From Fistulifera solaris (taxonomy: Eukaryota), in the NCBI GenBank assembly GCA_030295235.1, contig AP026126.1, positions 1,798,001 through 1,862,000 of the forward strand: a stretch of DNA of 64,000 bases. Reading direction: 5' to 3'. The notes under the pieces are model-generated. The model saw nothing but the letters and a program-made list of their open reading frames with translations, searched no databases and was not told the DNA's origin. Below, piece by piece: positions 12,053 through 23,852 of this stretch (the stretch's first letter is position 1; each line of letters opens with the position of its first letter). Position numbers and translations under genes: made by a program.

Positions 12053-13146
12053 TAACGATAGTATTGAAACAAGGAATGCCTTCGAAAAGTGGAAGCGTCG
12101 ACGACTGATTCGAGCGCCGCAAGAAAAAGTCGCTATTCTCCTTTGTTTTGTTTTTCTCCCCCATGGCCTCGTCTGCGAAGTTGTGCATGGATCTCCTTTT
12201 TCTAAAGCTCGCTTTTTATGAAATTATACGCGACTAATGCAGATGAAACGCATGTCGTAATGAGGAAATGTTTTGGAAGGTTGAGATGGATAGTGATAGA
12301 ATAAACAGAATCGAAACACGTGACACGAGTGACGAATAATGGTGTGGGTGGCCGCTCTGCTTTGTTGGTTCTGTTCCGCCGCCGTTAAATTGCTCTTCGC
12401 ACTTCTCGCCTTTTGGCTTGTTTCGTGCGACGCAAAGCGAGGTACAAGGTACTGGTACCGGTACTCTCTAGTAGAACAAAAAGCGAGGGTTCAAGCTACC
12501 TTTTCCACATACAAAAGCATAGTAAAATTACTGCTAATTCGGATAATCTTGTACAATTTCTGACTAGTGTCGTGTATCCTGTCCGGTATTCAACTCAATT
12601 TATATCTCAGTCCCTAATTGATGTGACCAGCTTTTGGTGACTCTGATGTGACATGTGACCCGTGTCTCAAGACTACTCTCTACACTGAACAAATTTATTT
12701 ACACCATTGCCCAAAGTAGAATCCCAGAGTCATTTTGTCTTGATGCCTGATGCCTCGAACTACGAAAATTGCGCCTCCTTTCGGGAAAGAGTGTGAGAGT
12801 TTGTGTGAAATCTTTTCGTTTGCGATGGTCTTCGGCATTGACGGTCACCATTTTCGAGTTTGCTTCCTGTTATTACCTTGCTGGTTTCACATCATAGTCC
12901 TTTTTGAAGATAGGAACCCTTTAACATCAAACAGAATTGCAAGTCGAATTTGACATCTACAGCATAGTATCGTCTAAACATCAAGCTTTGCTGTTTGACA
13001 AAGAGGCATTTGACACAAGCCGCTATTTTGCTAGCGATTCGAGTCATTCCGGGAGTTTCGGCCGTCGGCATATCTTGTCAACCATCTAGCGTTTGTCTAG
13101 CTTCATTCATATTATACTATACTTCTTGTAATCAAACACACGCACC

Positions 13147-14569
13147 ATGTTACGGTCCTCATGGGTGAACCTTTTACTTTCTTTCTCCTTCCTCTTGCAC
13201 AATGCCCCATTGGTCGAGGCCAACTTCTTCTCAAGAATCCTAAGTTTCGGAAATGATGAAGAAAAGCCTCCACAGCCATCTGGAGCGAGACAAGCTTCGG
13301 GAGCAATGGGAAAGGTTGGGAGTATCATAGCGTTTGATAAGGGCGTTCTTATGGCTCATCTTGCCAACAATAATAGAATCCCTTTGATCGGTGTGGGAGT
13401 TGGAAATGCCCTCGGCATCACGTTTCCGCTTTGGTGGCGGAAGCCGTGCAAGATGACAAGCGAGTCCGTTTGATCGATACATCCCACGCCAGTGGTAACG
13501 AAGAATTAGTAGCTGAAGGCATCATAGCTGGTGCTGAAAGACTTGGTCAAGATGAAAAACTGGAAGTACACGTTGTGACGAAGGTATGGTATACATATTT
13601 GGGTTACGAACGCACAAAAATTTCTGTTGAGGAATCGCTGAAATCCTTCGAGGTGGCAATTCATCACCCCAAGGTCAACCTACGAATTCACGTGCTGCTG
13701 CACTGGCCGAAATGCTTCGATAACATCGAGTGGATGAACTGTGCAGGCGAGGAAGAAGCTATGGACCCCATGGTCAAAGCTGCAGGGCCGGATCCGACCA
13801 AGGATCCGGAAAATGCTGGAAAGAGAGCTGGAAATACCTCGAAGAACTGTACTTGTCTGACAAATATCCTGTAGAGAGTATCGGAGTATCGAACTTTCAC
13901 TTGCATGATGTGGAGAAGATGGACAGGTTTGCTAGAATCCATCCACATGTTCTACAAGTCAATCTCTGGAATCTTCTGTACGATCCTATGCTAGTGGACT
14001 ACTGCCACAAGCATCGAATCCACTTGCAGGTGTACAATGCCATGCATGGTACCGTTGTGAACGCCCGACGAGCACCGCACGCATTGCACCATCTACAGAA
14101 AGTCTCCAACGACCTCACTACTTCCGCCGGTCTCCCCGTAACGCCAGCACAAACCATTCTGGCTTGGCTCGTGCAACACGGTGTTTCGGTAATCCCACGA
14201 ACGTCCAAGCTTACCCGACTGGAAGAAAACTCTGGCGTCGTCTTATCGGCGATTCCGGCTTTGAATGACGAACAAGTGGAAATAGTTGCGAACGCGGTAG
14301 AAGCGTACTTGAGTGGCGAAGATATGGAAAAAGATATCCACGTTTCGGTCACATTCCACGCTATCTCTCATGATATCATGTTGTATTGGCTTGGATCGGA
14401 TGGGAGCGAAACCCGAATCGATCACATCTGGAAAGGAGAGACGTTCGACGAGGTCACATATCCCAACCATAGATTCCGTACCTACAATGCGTACAACAAG
14501 GACGAATATGTGGACCACGTGATCGATGTAAACTTTGGCGAGCACAAGAATATTCATGTAGAACTCTAA
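13147..14569 (+). CDS. Signal-peptide aldo-keto reductase with C-terminal VHL-beta-like domain
   Basis: IPLIGVG, LIDTS, VVTKVW, LLHWP, SIGVSNF, IPRTS..RLEEN. Frameshifts at ~13410 and ~13817. Ends HVEL. Confidence 0.85.
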
Positions 14570-14809
14570 TACTTCCGAATTCTGTTATTAACACACAATA
14601 ATTCCACTTTATTCAAGACAACATAAACATATTTAACAAGGACGCCGAATCAGGAAATCAATTGTACCATAAGTTAGATTCACAGGAAGATGACAAGAGC
14701 AAAACCAACTCTGAAAGCAGCGCGGCTACTACTGTACAGACTTTCGAAGTACACCGATATCCTCTATCTATTTTCAAACTACTAAAAACTAGCCGATTTC
14801 GAATCGAGT

Positions 14810-15152
14810 TTAGAAAAGACCGAACAACTTTTTCTTGGGGGCTTCTACCTTGGCGGCCGCTTTCACTGGGGCTTTCTTGGCGACGGGTGCCTTCTTGGCA
14901 GCAGGGGGCCTTGGCAGCGGCCTTGACAGGTGTCTTCTTGGCAGCGACAGCCTTGACAGGCGTTTTCTTCTTGGGCTCTTCGACGTACATTGTTTCGTTC
15001 TCGAACTCCCATGACTGTTTTCCTCCTCGGCTGTAGGCGTTGTTCAATCCGAACAAAGAAGTGCTTGCTCGCGATTGAGAGGAGGGTGCGAAAGCCATGC
15101 AGGCAGTGATCGCAACGAGAAGAAGGAGAGTGGAAAGGATAGACTTGGCCAT
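14810..15152 (-). CDS. Small plastid-targeted Lys/Ala/Pro-rich protein
   Basis: Signal peptide with ACMA|FAP cleavage motif, then repeats KKTPVKA/KKAPV. Removing one G at 14904-14908 gives the C-terminus KKKLFGLF*. Confidence 0.75.
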
Positions 15153-15644
15153 TTTAAAATTGTTGAATAGATTGCTTTTGTTGTGAAAAACAAGATTGAG
15201 AAGCGAATGTGTGGAGAAAACGATCGTCAAACGGCGATGTAACGAGTGACGCAATACTTTGTGACGCAATCGATACGTTGGATTTCTGAACACACGGGAA
15301 GCTCGCAACGAGCCACGAGCCAGGAGCCACCAAATACGAACACCCCTCTCTCCCCGCTTTCCCACTTTCCTCTCGCACCTCGCACCTCGCACCCCATCAC
15401 AAAGATCGGCATTTGATGGGTCGAACAAAGGAAAATGTCCGCTGACTCACTCGACAGACTCGCCCGGCGCACCGGGAAAATGACGACGTCATACGTCATC
15501 ATCGCACGGACCACGCACGTACGAAAACAAAGCCGACCTCTACTGTTCCTCATTATCGTTGATTAGTATCTCAGGGCAAAAGCACCCAAATATCATTATT
15601 AATAAGTAATATCACCAACATGTCTCGTTGTTTGGACATGAAAC

Positions 15645-16341
15645 GTAAAAAACGAAAGATGCAACGCTACAAATGTCCACGTAGATTTTACGTAGTTCTC
15701 GTATAAGGAAATTATTTATCGACAGAGGCGAACCCGGATATTCTGCAATTTCGAAGACTCCATTTTTCCGGTTCATTGTGCTCAAATGGCATCATCGCTT
15801 TCACAAACCTGCATGCTGCATGTCATGCATTTATTGACGATACCATAATAAATTGAAATTCGGAGAAAAACGATAGATACAACGCTACCAAATGTCTACG
15901 TAGATTATACGTAGCTCTCGTATAAGGAAATTATTTATTGACAGAGGCGAACCCGGATATTCTGCAATTTCGAAGACTCCTCCACTTTTCCGGTTGATTG
16001 TGCTCAAATGGCATCATCGCTTTCACAAACCTGCATGCTGCATGTCATGCATTTATTGACGATACCATAATAAATTGAAATTCGGAGAAAAACGATAGAT
16101 ACAAGGCTACCAAATGTCTACGTAGATTATACGTAGCTCTCGTATAAGGAAATTATTTATCGACAGAGGTGAAACCCGGATATTCCGCAATTTCGAAGAC
16201 TCCTCCACTTTTCCGGTTGATTGTGCTCAAATGGCATCATCGCTTTCACAAACCTGCATGCTGCGTGTCATTCATTTATTGGCGATACCAAAATAAATTG
16301 GAATACTGAAAAAACGAAAAATGCAACGCTGCCAAATGTCT
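15645..16341. repeat. Tandem repeat (satellite-like), ~220-bp unit, three full copies plus a truncated fourth
   Basis: tataaggaaattattta recurs at 15702, 15921 and 16143; units are near-identical by eye. Confidence 0.97.
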
Positions 16342-16611
16342 AGTACCAGTAGCTCAAGGAAAAATCCGGCTGTGTCGCTGTGTCCGTGTCCGTGTGTATG
16401 TCACGTAACGTAACGCTGGTCCTGGGTGTCTGAATCACGGGTGTGACGCTATCTCCGGGGATCGAGCCCCCGCTTGCGGGGAAACGACGTTAAAATCTGC
16501 CTCGCCGTAGGCGCTACATAGAATTTTGTACTGGAGGCAGATTTTAACGCCCTTTCCAAGGGCGAGAACGAAAAAAGCTATCCGCAGGGACTAGACGCCG
16601 AAGGCGGCTAG
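16339..16611 (+). mobile_element. Candidate non-autonomous Helitron-like, hairpin-rich element
   Basis: Begins TC where the satellite breaks off. Contains a gtgtcc microrepeat, a perfect 16-bp inverted repeat (16488-16503/16534-16549) and several GC hairpins. Ends cgccgaaggcg-g-CTAG followed by T. Confidence 0.5.
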
Positions 16612-17159
16612 TAAAAATAAAACAATAAAACAGCAAAAAAGGGCGGCGCCAAAGATAAGTCGTGGGTACCGGATTCCATTTGTATCGGCTATCATGTACA
16701 TAGGAATGTCGTAGCGTGCACCTTTCTCGCATCTCGCATCGCCTTGCTCTCACGCACACCATGCGCACTACATCATTATTTGCAGCAACTAAAAAGAATA
16801 CCTTCTTTTCATTCATTACGAACTCATTAAAAGACACTATCACCCCTTTAAGTTGAAGTTCTCGTCTCAATGCAATGTTTTGTGGAAAGTGGGATCTTCC
16901 TCAAGGAAATGATCTGTGATCTTCCTAACCGTGACGACGACCTCCTGCGATTCCAGTGCAAGGCGTTTGCTTCGGAGAGCCATGTTCCTCTTACGTCTTA
17001 CGTAGTATTCGTTTGCAGCAGTCAGCAAACATAACCGCGCATTTCTCATTGCTGTGAAGCAAGATTTTATCCTTCATTTGCTTCGTTTCTACAAAGCTAC
17101 AGCTCTCCTTTTCGAACTCCTCTTTGTAGCTATTTCGCACAAACAGAAGCTCAGTCAAA

Positions 17160-18729
17160 ATGTCGCGAAGGAGGGATCCTTATTTACAACTCGTTCGACG
17201 GGACCGGATGACACCACGGCAACAGGCTCTTGTACCCGCACATTTGCCGAGATCCTTGACCTTGTATGAGTTCCGACAAGAGCCGACACGTTTAGACGAC
17301 ATTGACTGGCAGGAATACGGTTCGATAGCAATCTGGCGTAGCAACGGGTCCGTCATTTTTATTAAAGATCGATGCTTCCAACGGCGACGCCATGTGGTTT
17401 TTTTTATTTAGCGATCGTCTGGGCGGCACGATTTACGGTGAAACGGATGCCGCGATTGCCGAAACGGCAACATTCTTCTTGTCCCTTCAGCATCCCGAAC
17501 ATTGGGGCGAAAATCACCTTCTAATTCGCTCAGCAATTCTTATTGGAATTCGTGCATTCGATTTTGCCGCACTGTTACCCGCGCAGCTCGCACAGATTTT
17601 AGACTCTACGCGTTCTATTACTTTTTCATCAGGGTCCTTTACGCCCGAACAGGCGGTCATTCTAGCAACGCGACCTTATACCCTAAACATAGGGTTGGGT
17701 GAGAGATTTGTTGACCAGGGAACCGCATTTGTGCATGCGCTGCAAATACGCGAATCGTCCTTCGGTTTCCTCAAAATAATCGGTCAAAGGAACGGGGGAC
17801 CTTTTAGTGTTGAGAATTTGCAGCTACTATGTCAACTAAATTTCATCTTGGAGGCACCTTCGGTGCCACATCGATGACGAGGAATGTGCTCTTCTTCCGT
17901 TTTCCGCAAAGGTGAATAAACTGCACTGTCAGATGAGTGCAAAATACGTTCGGCCGGATGATCTTGCTTCCATCGATATTGTAGCGAACGACTTTACTCT
18001 CACATTGTTCTTGGATGGTAATCACGATCATTGGGACACGCTTCTCATTGCGGTCCTTCATCGAGTAGCTGAGCTGGGTCACTTTGAACGATTATGCTTC
18101 TCTGTCTTTTACAACGCTTTTTCAAGATCACTGCAGTTTTACAGAGTGGCTCGAGTTGTTGATGCACTGATTCGTGCTATCCATGCGAATCCCAATCTAG
18201 CATGTTTGGATTTGAGTAGCGATAAACAGTCCGTACGTTGGTCTCATTATTTCCAACCTCTTTTCCAGTCAATGGAAGAACACCCCGGACTGCGTTTTTT
18301 TGTAGTGCAAAGCTACATGCTTCGGGATGAAGAGATCAATGGTGATCATGAGACTCTTTTTCAGTTCAACTTTTCCTGGTTGCAACAGCTCCTCTCAAGG
18401 AATCGACGCTTCGCGGTCGTTGATAGTTCGGGTCAAAAATGTTCGAATGGACCCGTTATCGACAGAATGTATCTACTCAACCGCTTCTATCTGGGTTCGG
18501 AAAGTCTTTTGCAGGAATTTACGGCATCACGGCCGGCGTTGGTGTCTTTAGCGTTGGTCGACCAAGCTTCAAACAACGCTCAGTACATTGCATTGTTACT
18601 GTCGCATCACACCGACGTGCTGTGCGAGTTGCTCAGGATTTCGATGTGCAATCCGTATCGGGAGGTGAGCCGTCGTCGGGTACGCTGCGTCCAAACGCTT
18701 TGAAACGCAAAGCAACCAGTCACTCGTGA
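17160..18729 (+). CDS. Hypothetical protein, possibly RNI/LRR-like, of a lineage-expanded diatom family (frameshifted, may be a pseudogene)
   Basis: ORFs 17160-17411, 17392-17877 and 17912-18703 are consecutive. LRR-like phrases ALIRAIHANPNLACLDL and MEEHPGLR, and YLLNRF. Frameshifts at T8 17398-17405 and ~17850. Confidence 0.6.
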
Positions 18730-18849
18730 TCTGCTGCAAAGAAATCAGCTTGCAGCTTCGTATCCAAACTAGTAAAAATATTGTAATTAACATTTTGGTT
18801 TTATTTTCTAGTAATAATAATAATAACTTTGATATTTTATTTCAAGTCC

Positions 18850-18950
18850 TATCCACGTTTTAGGTTCTTTCTCTCACGACATAAGTTACTCGATATAAGC
18901 CACTCATTCAGAATTATGCTCAAATGACATCATCGCTTTCACAAACATGA
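18850..18950. repeat. Detached, degenerate fragment of the ~220-bp satellite unit
   Basis: tgctcaaatgacatcatcgctttcacaaac (18917-18946) matches the unit at 29 of 30 nt. Confidence 0.8.
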
Positions 18951-19084
18951 ATTAAAGAGTGTAAAGAGGACCTATGTAATGTCCAATGCTTCAAAAATAA
19001 TGTTGGACATAAGGGGATACCTAGAAGTCCGATATGTTTAAGATTGCTTTTCCCTGACTTGCTAACGCGGTGATATGATTTTTT

Positions 19085-20278
19085 CTACTTCTTCGACAGA
19101 TGATAGGCTCCGAACATATCTTTGTCTTCATCGGTGTCCTGGAGACGCCGATCAACTTCCAGGAACGGAGGAAGATCAACTTCAGGCTCCGCTTTTCCCG
19201 AAGCTTCCACCTGGGCGTGTAAGATACACAGCCCTTCCTTGGGTGACTGAAAGATATGAACGACAAAGCTTTGCTTGTTGTACAAAAAGCTTATACGTCG
19301 CTGTTGTACAACATGACGACTCGTGTCGCGAGTTGCCGATGTGGACATGTACTCTCGTTCAGATATTATGCGCTTTTGCTCGATCAATTCTCCGTCCTCG
19401 GTCCATTGCGCCAATGTAGATTGATACACACTACCGAGACGTCGACCGTCGGGATCAATATTAGTTCTTCGACGAATGAAGCTGTAGCTGCTTTTATCGT
19501 CGTGAATATGCTTCAGATAGATCTTTTCCACTTCAAATTCTTTGTATGCGATTTCAGGAGGAAACTTCGAGAGATCAGGCTTGCTTTTCAGCAAGAATTT
19601 CGCAGATCGACGCTTCAAGTTGGATGGGAGGCCTACAATCTTGCTCAATGTGTCTACCAAGCGTGACATTTTCCCCTCAAAATCAGTAGAATTGTCGATG
19701 AAGTAAAAGTGCGGATGTCCTACCCATGCATTTTGTGTTTTTTGATCTACTTCACGTGCTTCTTCCTTCGTTTCTGTGCGAACTTTGTTGTTTTCAAGTG
19801 TATAAAAGGGCTCCGCACCGTCTGCAGCTGTTATAAGATGGAAAATAGCGTCGTATCGATTGTCACGAATCTGCACAATGTGGGTGTCCATCTCGCTCAG
19901 CAAGTCTGAAAACTCCTTCTGCGGCATGTACACACTCCCATCCATCGTCCCACGATCACAGAGCATGACTCCAGGTTTACCTCTTGCTTTTAATACACGA
20001 TGAATACCATCTTCTAGTGCCATTTGAACTTCCAAAACGGTTCGCTGAATCACTTTGGGCATACCCTGTGTCGAAAAGAAATCAACATTCATGCCGTTGG
20101 AAGACAGCGTCGTATAAGCCTCCGGACATGTGATGCACTCGAACCCTCGTTCACGCAAGTAAGAGAAGACTCGCGCGAGTGCAGTCGTCTTTCCACCGCA
20201 GGGACCACCCGTAAAGACAAATCGGAAAATGGGCGGGCCGTCCGTGGCATTGAGGTTTCGCTCCGCTTCGGTTGACAT
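19085..20278 (-). CDS. TTD14-like protein (AAA_28/NadR-type P-loop plus CYTH-like domain)
   Basis: VFTGGPCGGKTT Walker A, CDRG, RYDAIFHL.TAADGAE, AWVGHP; C-terminal EVEKIYL...IRRR. Confidence 0.85.
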   Translation of the reverse strand: MSTEAERNLNATDGPPIFRFVFTGGPCGGKTTALARVFSYLRERGFECITCPEAYTTLSSNGMNVDFFSTQGMPKVIQRTVLEVQMALEDGIHRVLKARGKPGVMLCDRGTMDGSVYMPQKEFSDLLSEMDTHIVQIRDNRYDAIFHLITAADGAEPFYTLENNKVRTETKEEAREVDQKTQNAWVGHPHFYFIDNSTDFEGKMSRLVDTLSKIVGLPSNLKRRSAKFLLKSKPDLSKFPPEIAYKEFEVEKIYLKHIHDDKSSYSFIRRRTNIDPDGRRLGSVYQSTLAQWTEDGELIEQKRIISEREYMSTSATRDTSRHVVQQRRISFLYNKQSFVVHIFQSPKEGLCILHAQVEASGKAEPEVDLPPFLEVDRRLQDTDEDKDMFGAYHLSKK

Positions 20279-20745
20279 TGTTATTATGTGTTCTTGTTTT
20301 TTAATCGTTTATCCGTACGGTCAGTCAAGTCAGTGACAGTTATAGATACATTACTCCGTATGTTGGTTTGGAAGTCACAGTGATGATGGAAGATCCCCTT
20401 TCGTCCTCTTGTTCTTCTTTGCCATGAACCACAAAAAAATCACGTCATTCGGACAAGTTGTTCTCGCGTTGTGAATGGTTGACGCCCTATGACGTCATTC
20501 TTGTGTTTGCCCGTCATCGGTCCACACGACCTGCGATCTGCGATCTATACTGTACCAGTACCGGTACGGTCGGCTAAAACGAATCGATCAAGCTATCGCT
20601 GTAGCGTCGAAACACATTTCTCGTAGGACTGCTCTAAAAATAAGGACGCGCATTACGAAAGACAATAAAAGATCAAATGATGAATGCACGATATTTAAAC
20701 ACTGCAAATGAGCACAGGTGTCCACCACTAAAAGGAAGCTTTCCA

Positions 20746-23701
20746 CTACGCCGTCTCGGCTGGGCACATCTTGTATAACAATGCATGCAATCTATACATT
20801 GCTGGACCTTTGACATAATGAAAGGCAACACTCTTTGGAGAACAGTGCTCGGGACCTTCGAAAACAGCGTGAATGGGATGAGAAAAAAGGAGGAATGGTG
20901 CTAAACAAAGGTCACGATACACACTAACCTTCTTTGATATTGATTGAATACTTTGCATACCAATCCGCGCTAGGGTCTGCCGGTAATCTATAGCCTGTGG
21001 ATTATAATAACAAAGTTAATGTAAGCACTTAAATGAGCGGACATGACACGAACCTGCGATATAGCACAAGCATAGCCACTTACCCCAATGATGACCCGGC
21101 ATGAACGGCATGTACCGCTCACTTCCATTTTCATCTTTGGTTTCATACGGAAGTACACCAAACTTGCGGAATATTCGCGCTACCAGGGTATCTTCTGAAA
21201 ATGTGTGAGCGTTGGGAAAGAATTCGGGAAGTCCTTTAACAACCAAAGTTTTCAGAGCCGCCTTATTCATTGTATAACCAGAGCCACCCGAGATGAAAAT
21301 ATCATTCATATCACCCTGATACGCGAAACGGCGACCCATGAACAGAGGAGTCTGGACGGTTTCAGTTCCATCCGGCAAGTATATGCCACCATTGGATGCG
21401 GTGCGGATTTCCTCACTTTCAAGATACTCGCGCAAGTTCTCCACAAGTAAGTATAGATCGTCACCGCCGATGTGAAAGAAGTCGTACTTCTCATAGTAGT
21501 TGTCATACACATAGCTCCACATACTACGAACTTTCTGCCAAATATTGTTGTATTCCTCAGGACCTTGGTGGACGATGTTCACAGTTCCTAAACTCACGTC
21601 TGTTTTATTCGAGGCGACAATGAATCCATCGCATTTTTGACTGATGACGACAAAGCTGGTTAGATTTTCTGTTGACATAAGTCAGGTGCGAACACGTCAG
21701 TTTCACTTACCCCCAAGTTTCTCGGATGGCTGGAATTCGTGGGTGACCACTATCGATTGTGTAAACCAAACAAAAGATCTTGGCGCGCTTGTTTCCTGAC
21801 TTTGCCATTTCTTTATCGTATTCCATATCGACGTGAACCCTCTCGGTCAACATTTTGTAGTTGTTGTCACGCTTTGCGCACTCGCTGATGAGCTCTTCGC
21901 CGGCCATGTGGAAATCGGGAGGATTCTTTCGCAACGCTGTTTCGTCGGCAACGTACCCAAAATTACCCGCTTCGTCAGTCGCGCCGATGTGAGGGTGTTC
22001 CTTGTGTCCACCGCTCACGTCGACGTAGGCGATGTCGATTGGCTGTGCTTGTTGAATAATCTTCAAGCATTCATCACAAAGAGGCTTCGACGGTTTCGCT
22101 TTGTCAAAACGTTGTGGGATTTTTACCTCTTCATCTTCTTCCTCCGTGGGCTTCTTAACATCATTCTGTTGAGCACCCCGTTCTACTTTTTGAGGAATGA
22201 TTATTTCTGGTTCTTTCTTTGGCTCGGCAGCAGCAATGACCTTTTCGGGTTCTTTCTTCTGTTCCTTCGCCTTTTCGTTTGTCTCAACCTGTTTCGGTGT
22301 CTCTTTTTCTTTCTGTGCTTCTTTAACTTCCTCTTCAATGATGCCCGGTTCTGACAAGATCGAAGTAACTCCCGGATTGATTTGCTCGGCATACCACTGA
22401 AACGAACGACACCGCGTCGGCAAGTCCGGTGTAAAGGTCGGATTTTGTCGAGCCTCCGCCATGAAGGTATGCCACTCCAAAGCGGTCATATCGGGGTGAG
22501 TCTTGGAATACGCATGAAAGAATTTGCGGCCCGTGACTTCATCCATCCACGCCGCCGCGAACCGGGCGGCCATGGCCGGAGACAAAGGCGCCGGAGCGCG
22601 TGGTTCCTTGTAGGTTACATCTACATCACTTAACATGTCAATACCATCCGCACACAACCACAGATTCAATGCTAAATCCAAATTAGCCGTCCATGCGTCC
22701 TCCAATGACCAATCCTGAATGGGCAAATTTAAATAAGTCTCCAGACGCATGGCCATGGCCGCTCCATTGAATGCGGGTGTCGGATACGAGGCCCCACTGG
22801 ATCGATTGATTTCCGTAGGATCCGCATCCAATATCTGGGCTCGGAAGGTAGCATCAAAGCCCGTGCATTTGGAAGGTCCTTCCGTATTAAACGACACGGC
22901 ATTTGCGAGTTTGAGTGTTTGGTGCTCAAGTAAGGGAGGTGGCACAATAAGTGCTTCGGTCACCGCATCGAGCCACGTCCGCACGATCAACTGCGCTCCA
23001 CCCTGCAATAGCATCAGAATGAAATCTTCTTCGGACGATTTCAATCCATTCTCTTCGTAATGTTTTTGCAAAATCTTAATAAACTCGACCGCATCCGCGC
23101 GACTCTCGGCAACACCCCGACGATCCGTATTGAACATGACATGTATCTTATTGCCGTGTGATTCTTCGTCTTTATTGTTTTGTGGCTGTGTGGGATGAAC
23201 ATCGGCACGAAAGCCGTGCCAGTGCGGAACTTCACCTTGGTCGATGCCTTGAAACCGCTCGAGTAATGCATCATCCTGTTCATGACCATCCACAACGACT
23301 GTCACAATGAAAATGCGATTCAAGTCCGTTTTACTGAAAATGGACTCGACAGTCGCCACCAACTGCTCGGGATCGTCTCCAACGACGGCAAATGCGACAC
23401 GCGGATGGGTTGGCCCGTAGCCCATGACATCGACTCGATCGAGGACATTGCGAAGATTCGAGCGCAATTTAGAAGTAAGACTTAAACCACTGTGTTGCTG
23501 TGATAATTCAAAGCTGTTTGTTGTCAATGGTACTTCTTCAACATGCGGAGCGGAAGCAGATAAGAGAGCCATCAATGCCAGAGGCCAAAAACAAGCGACG
23601 GCCAGCAGAATGTTGGCTCGTGTGTAATCGGCTTTGGGCTTGCCTGAGTTTCGGTTATTGCGGAGAACAGGTGTCGCCATTCTACTGATTTTGACTTTCA
23701 C
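20746..23701 (-). CDS. Bimodular glycosyltransferase: degenerate ppGalNAc-T-like (GT27) domain plus core-1 beta-1,3-galactosyltransferase-like (GT31) domain
   Basis: In-frame introns 21641-21710, 20995-21083 and 20856-20928. GT31 motifs IFCLVYT, TWGQKCD, YDFF..GDDLY..VENLR, SGGSGY, SED, VAFHYV. N-terminal hydrophobic anchor. Confidence 0.85.
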
Positions 23702-23852
23702 TTATTTTTGATTGATGACAATTGAAAGATAACACGCAATAAATAACGTGTATTACATCACTTCTTTCACACAATAGAAGAGAATGACCATGGCGACATG
23801 ATATTATTTTGTCGATGATTATTGCGCGAGAAAAGCTCGCTGCGGGATGTCT

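Noticed and set aside
14658..15428. 256-aa ORF as the true gene
   Set aside because: The signal peptide begins at ATG 15152, and the C-terminal part is out of frame after the G run.
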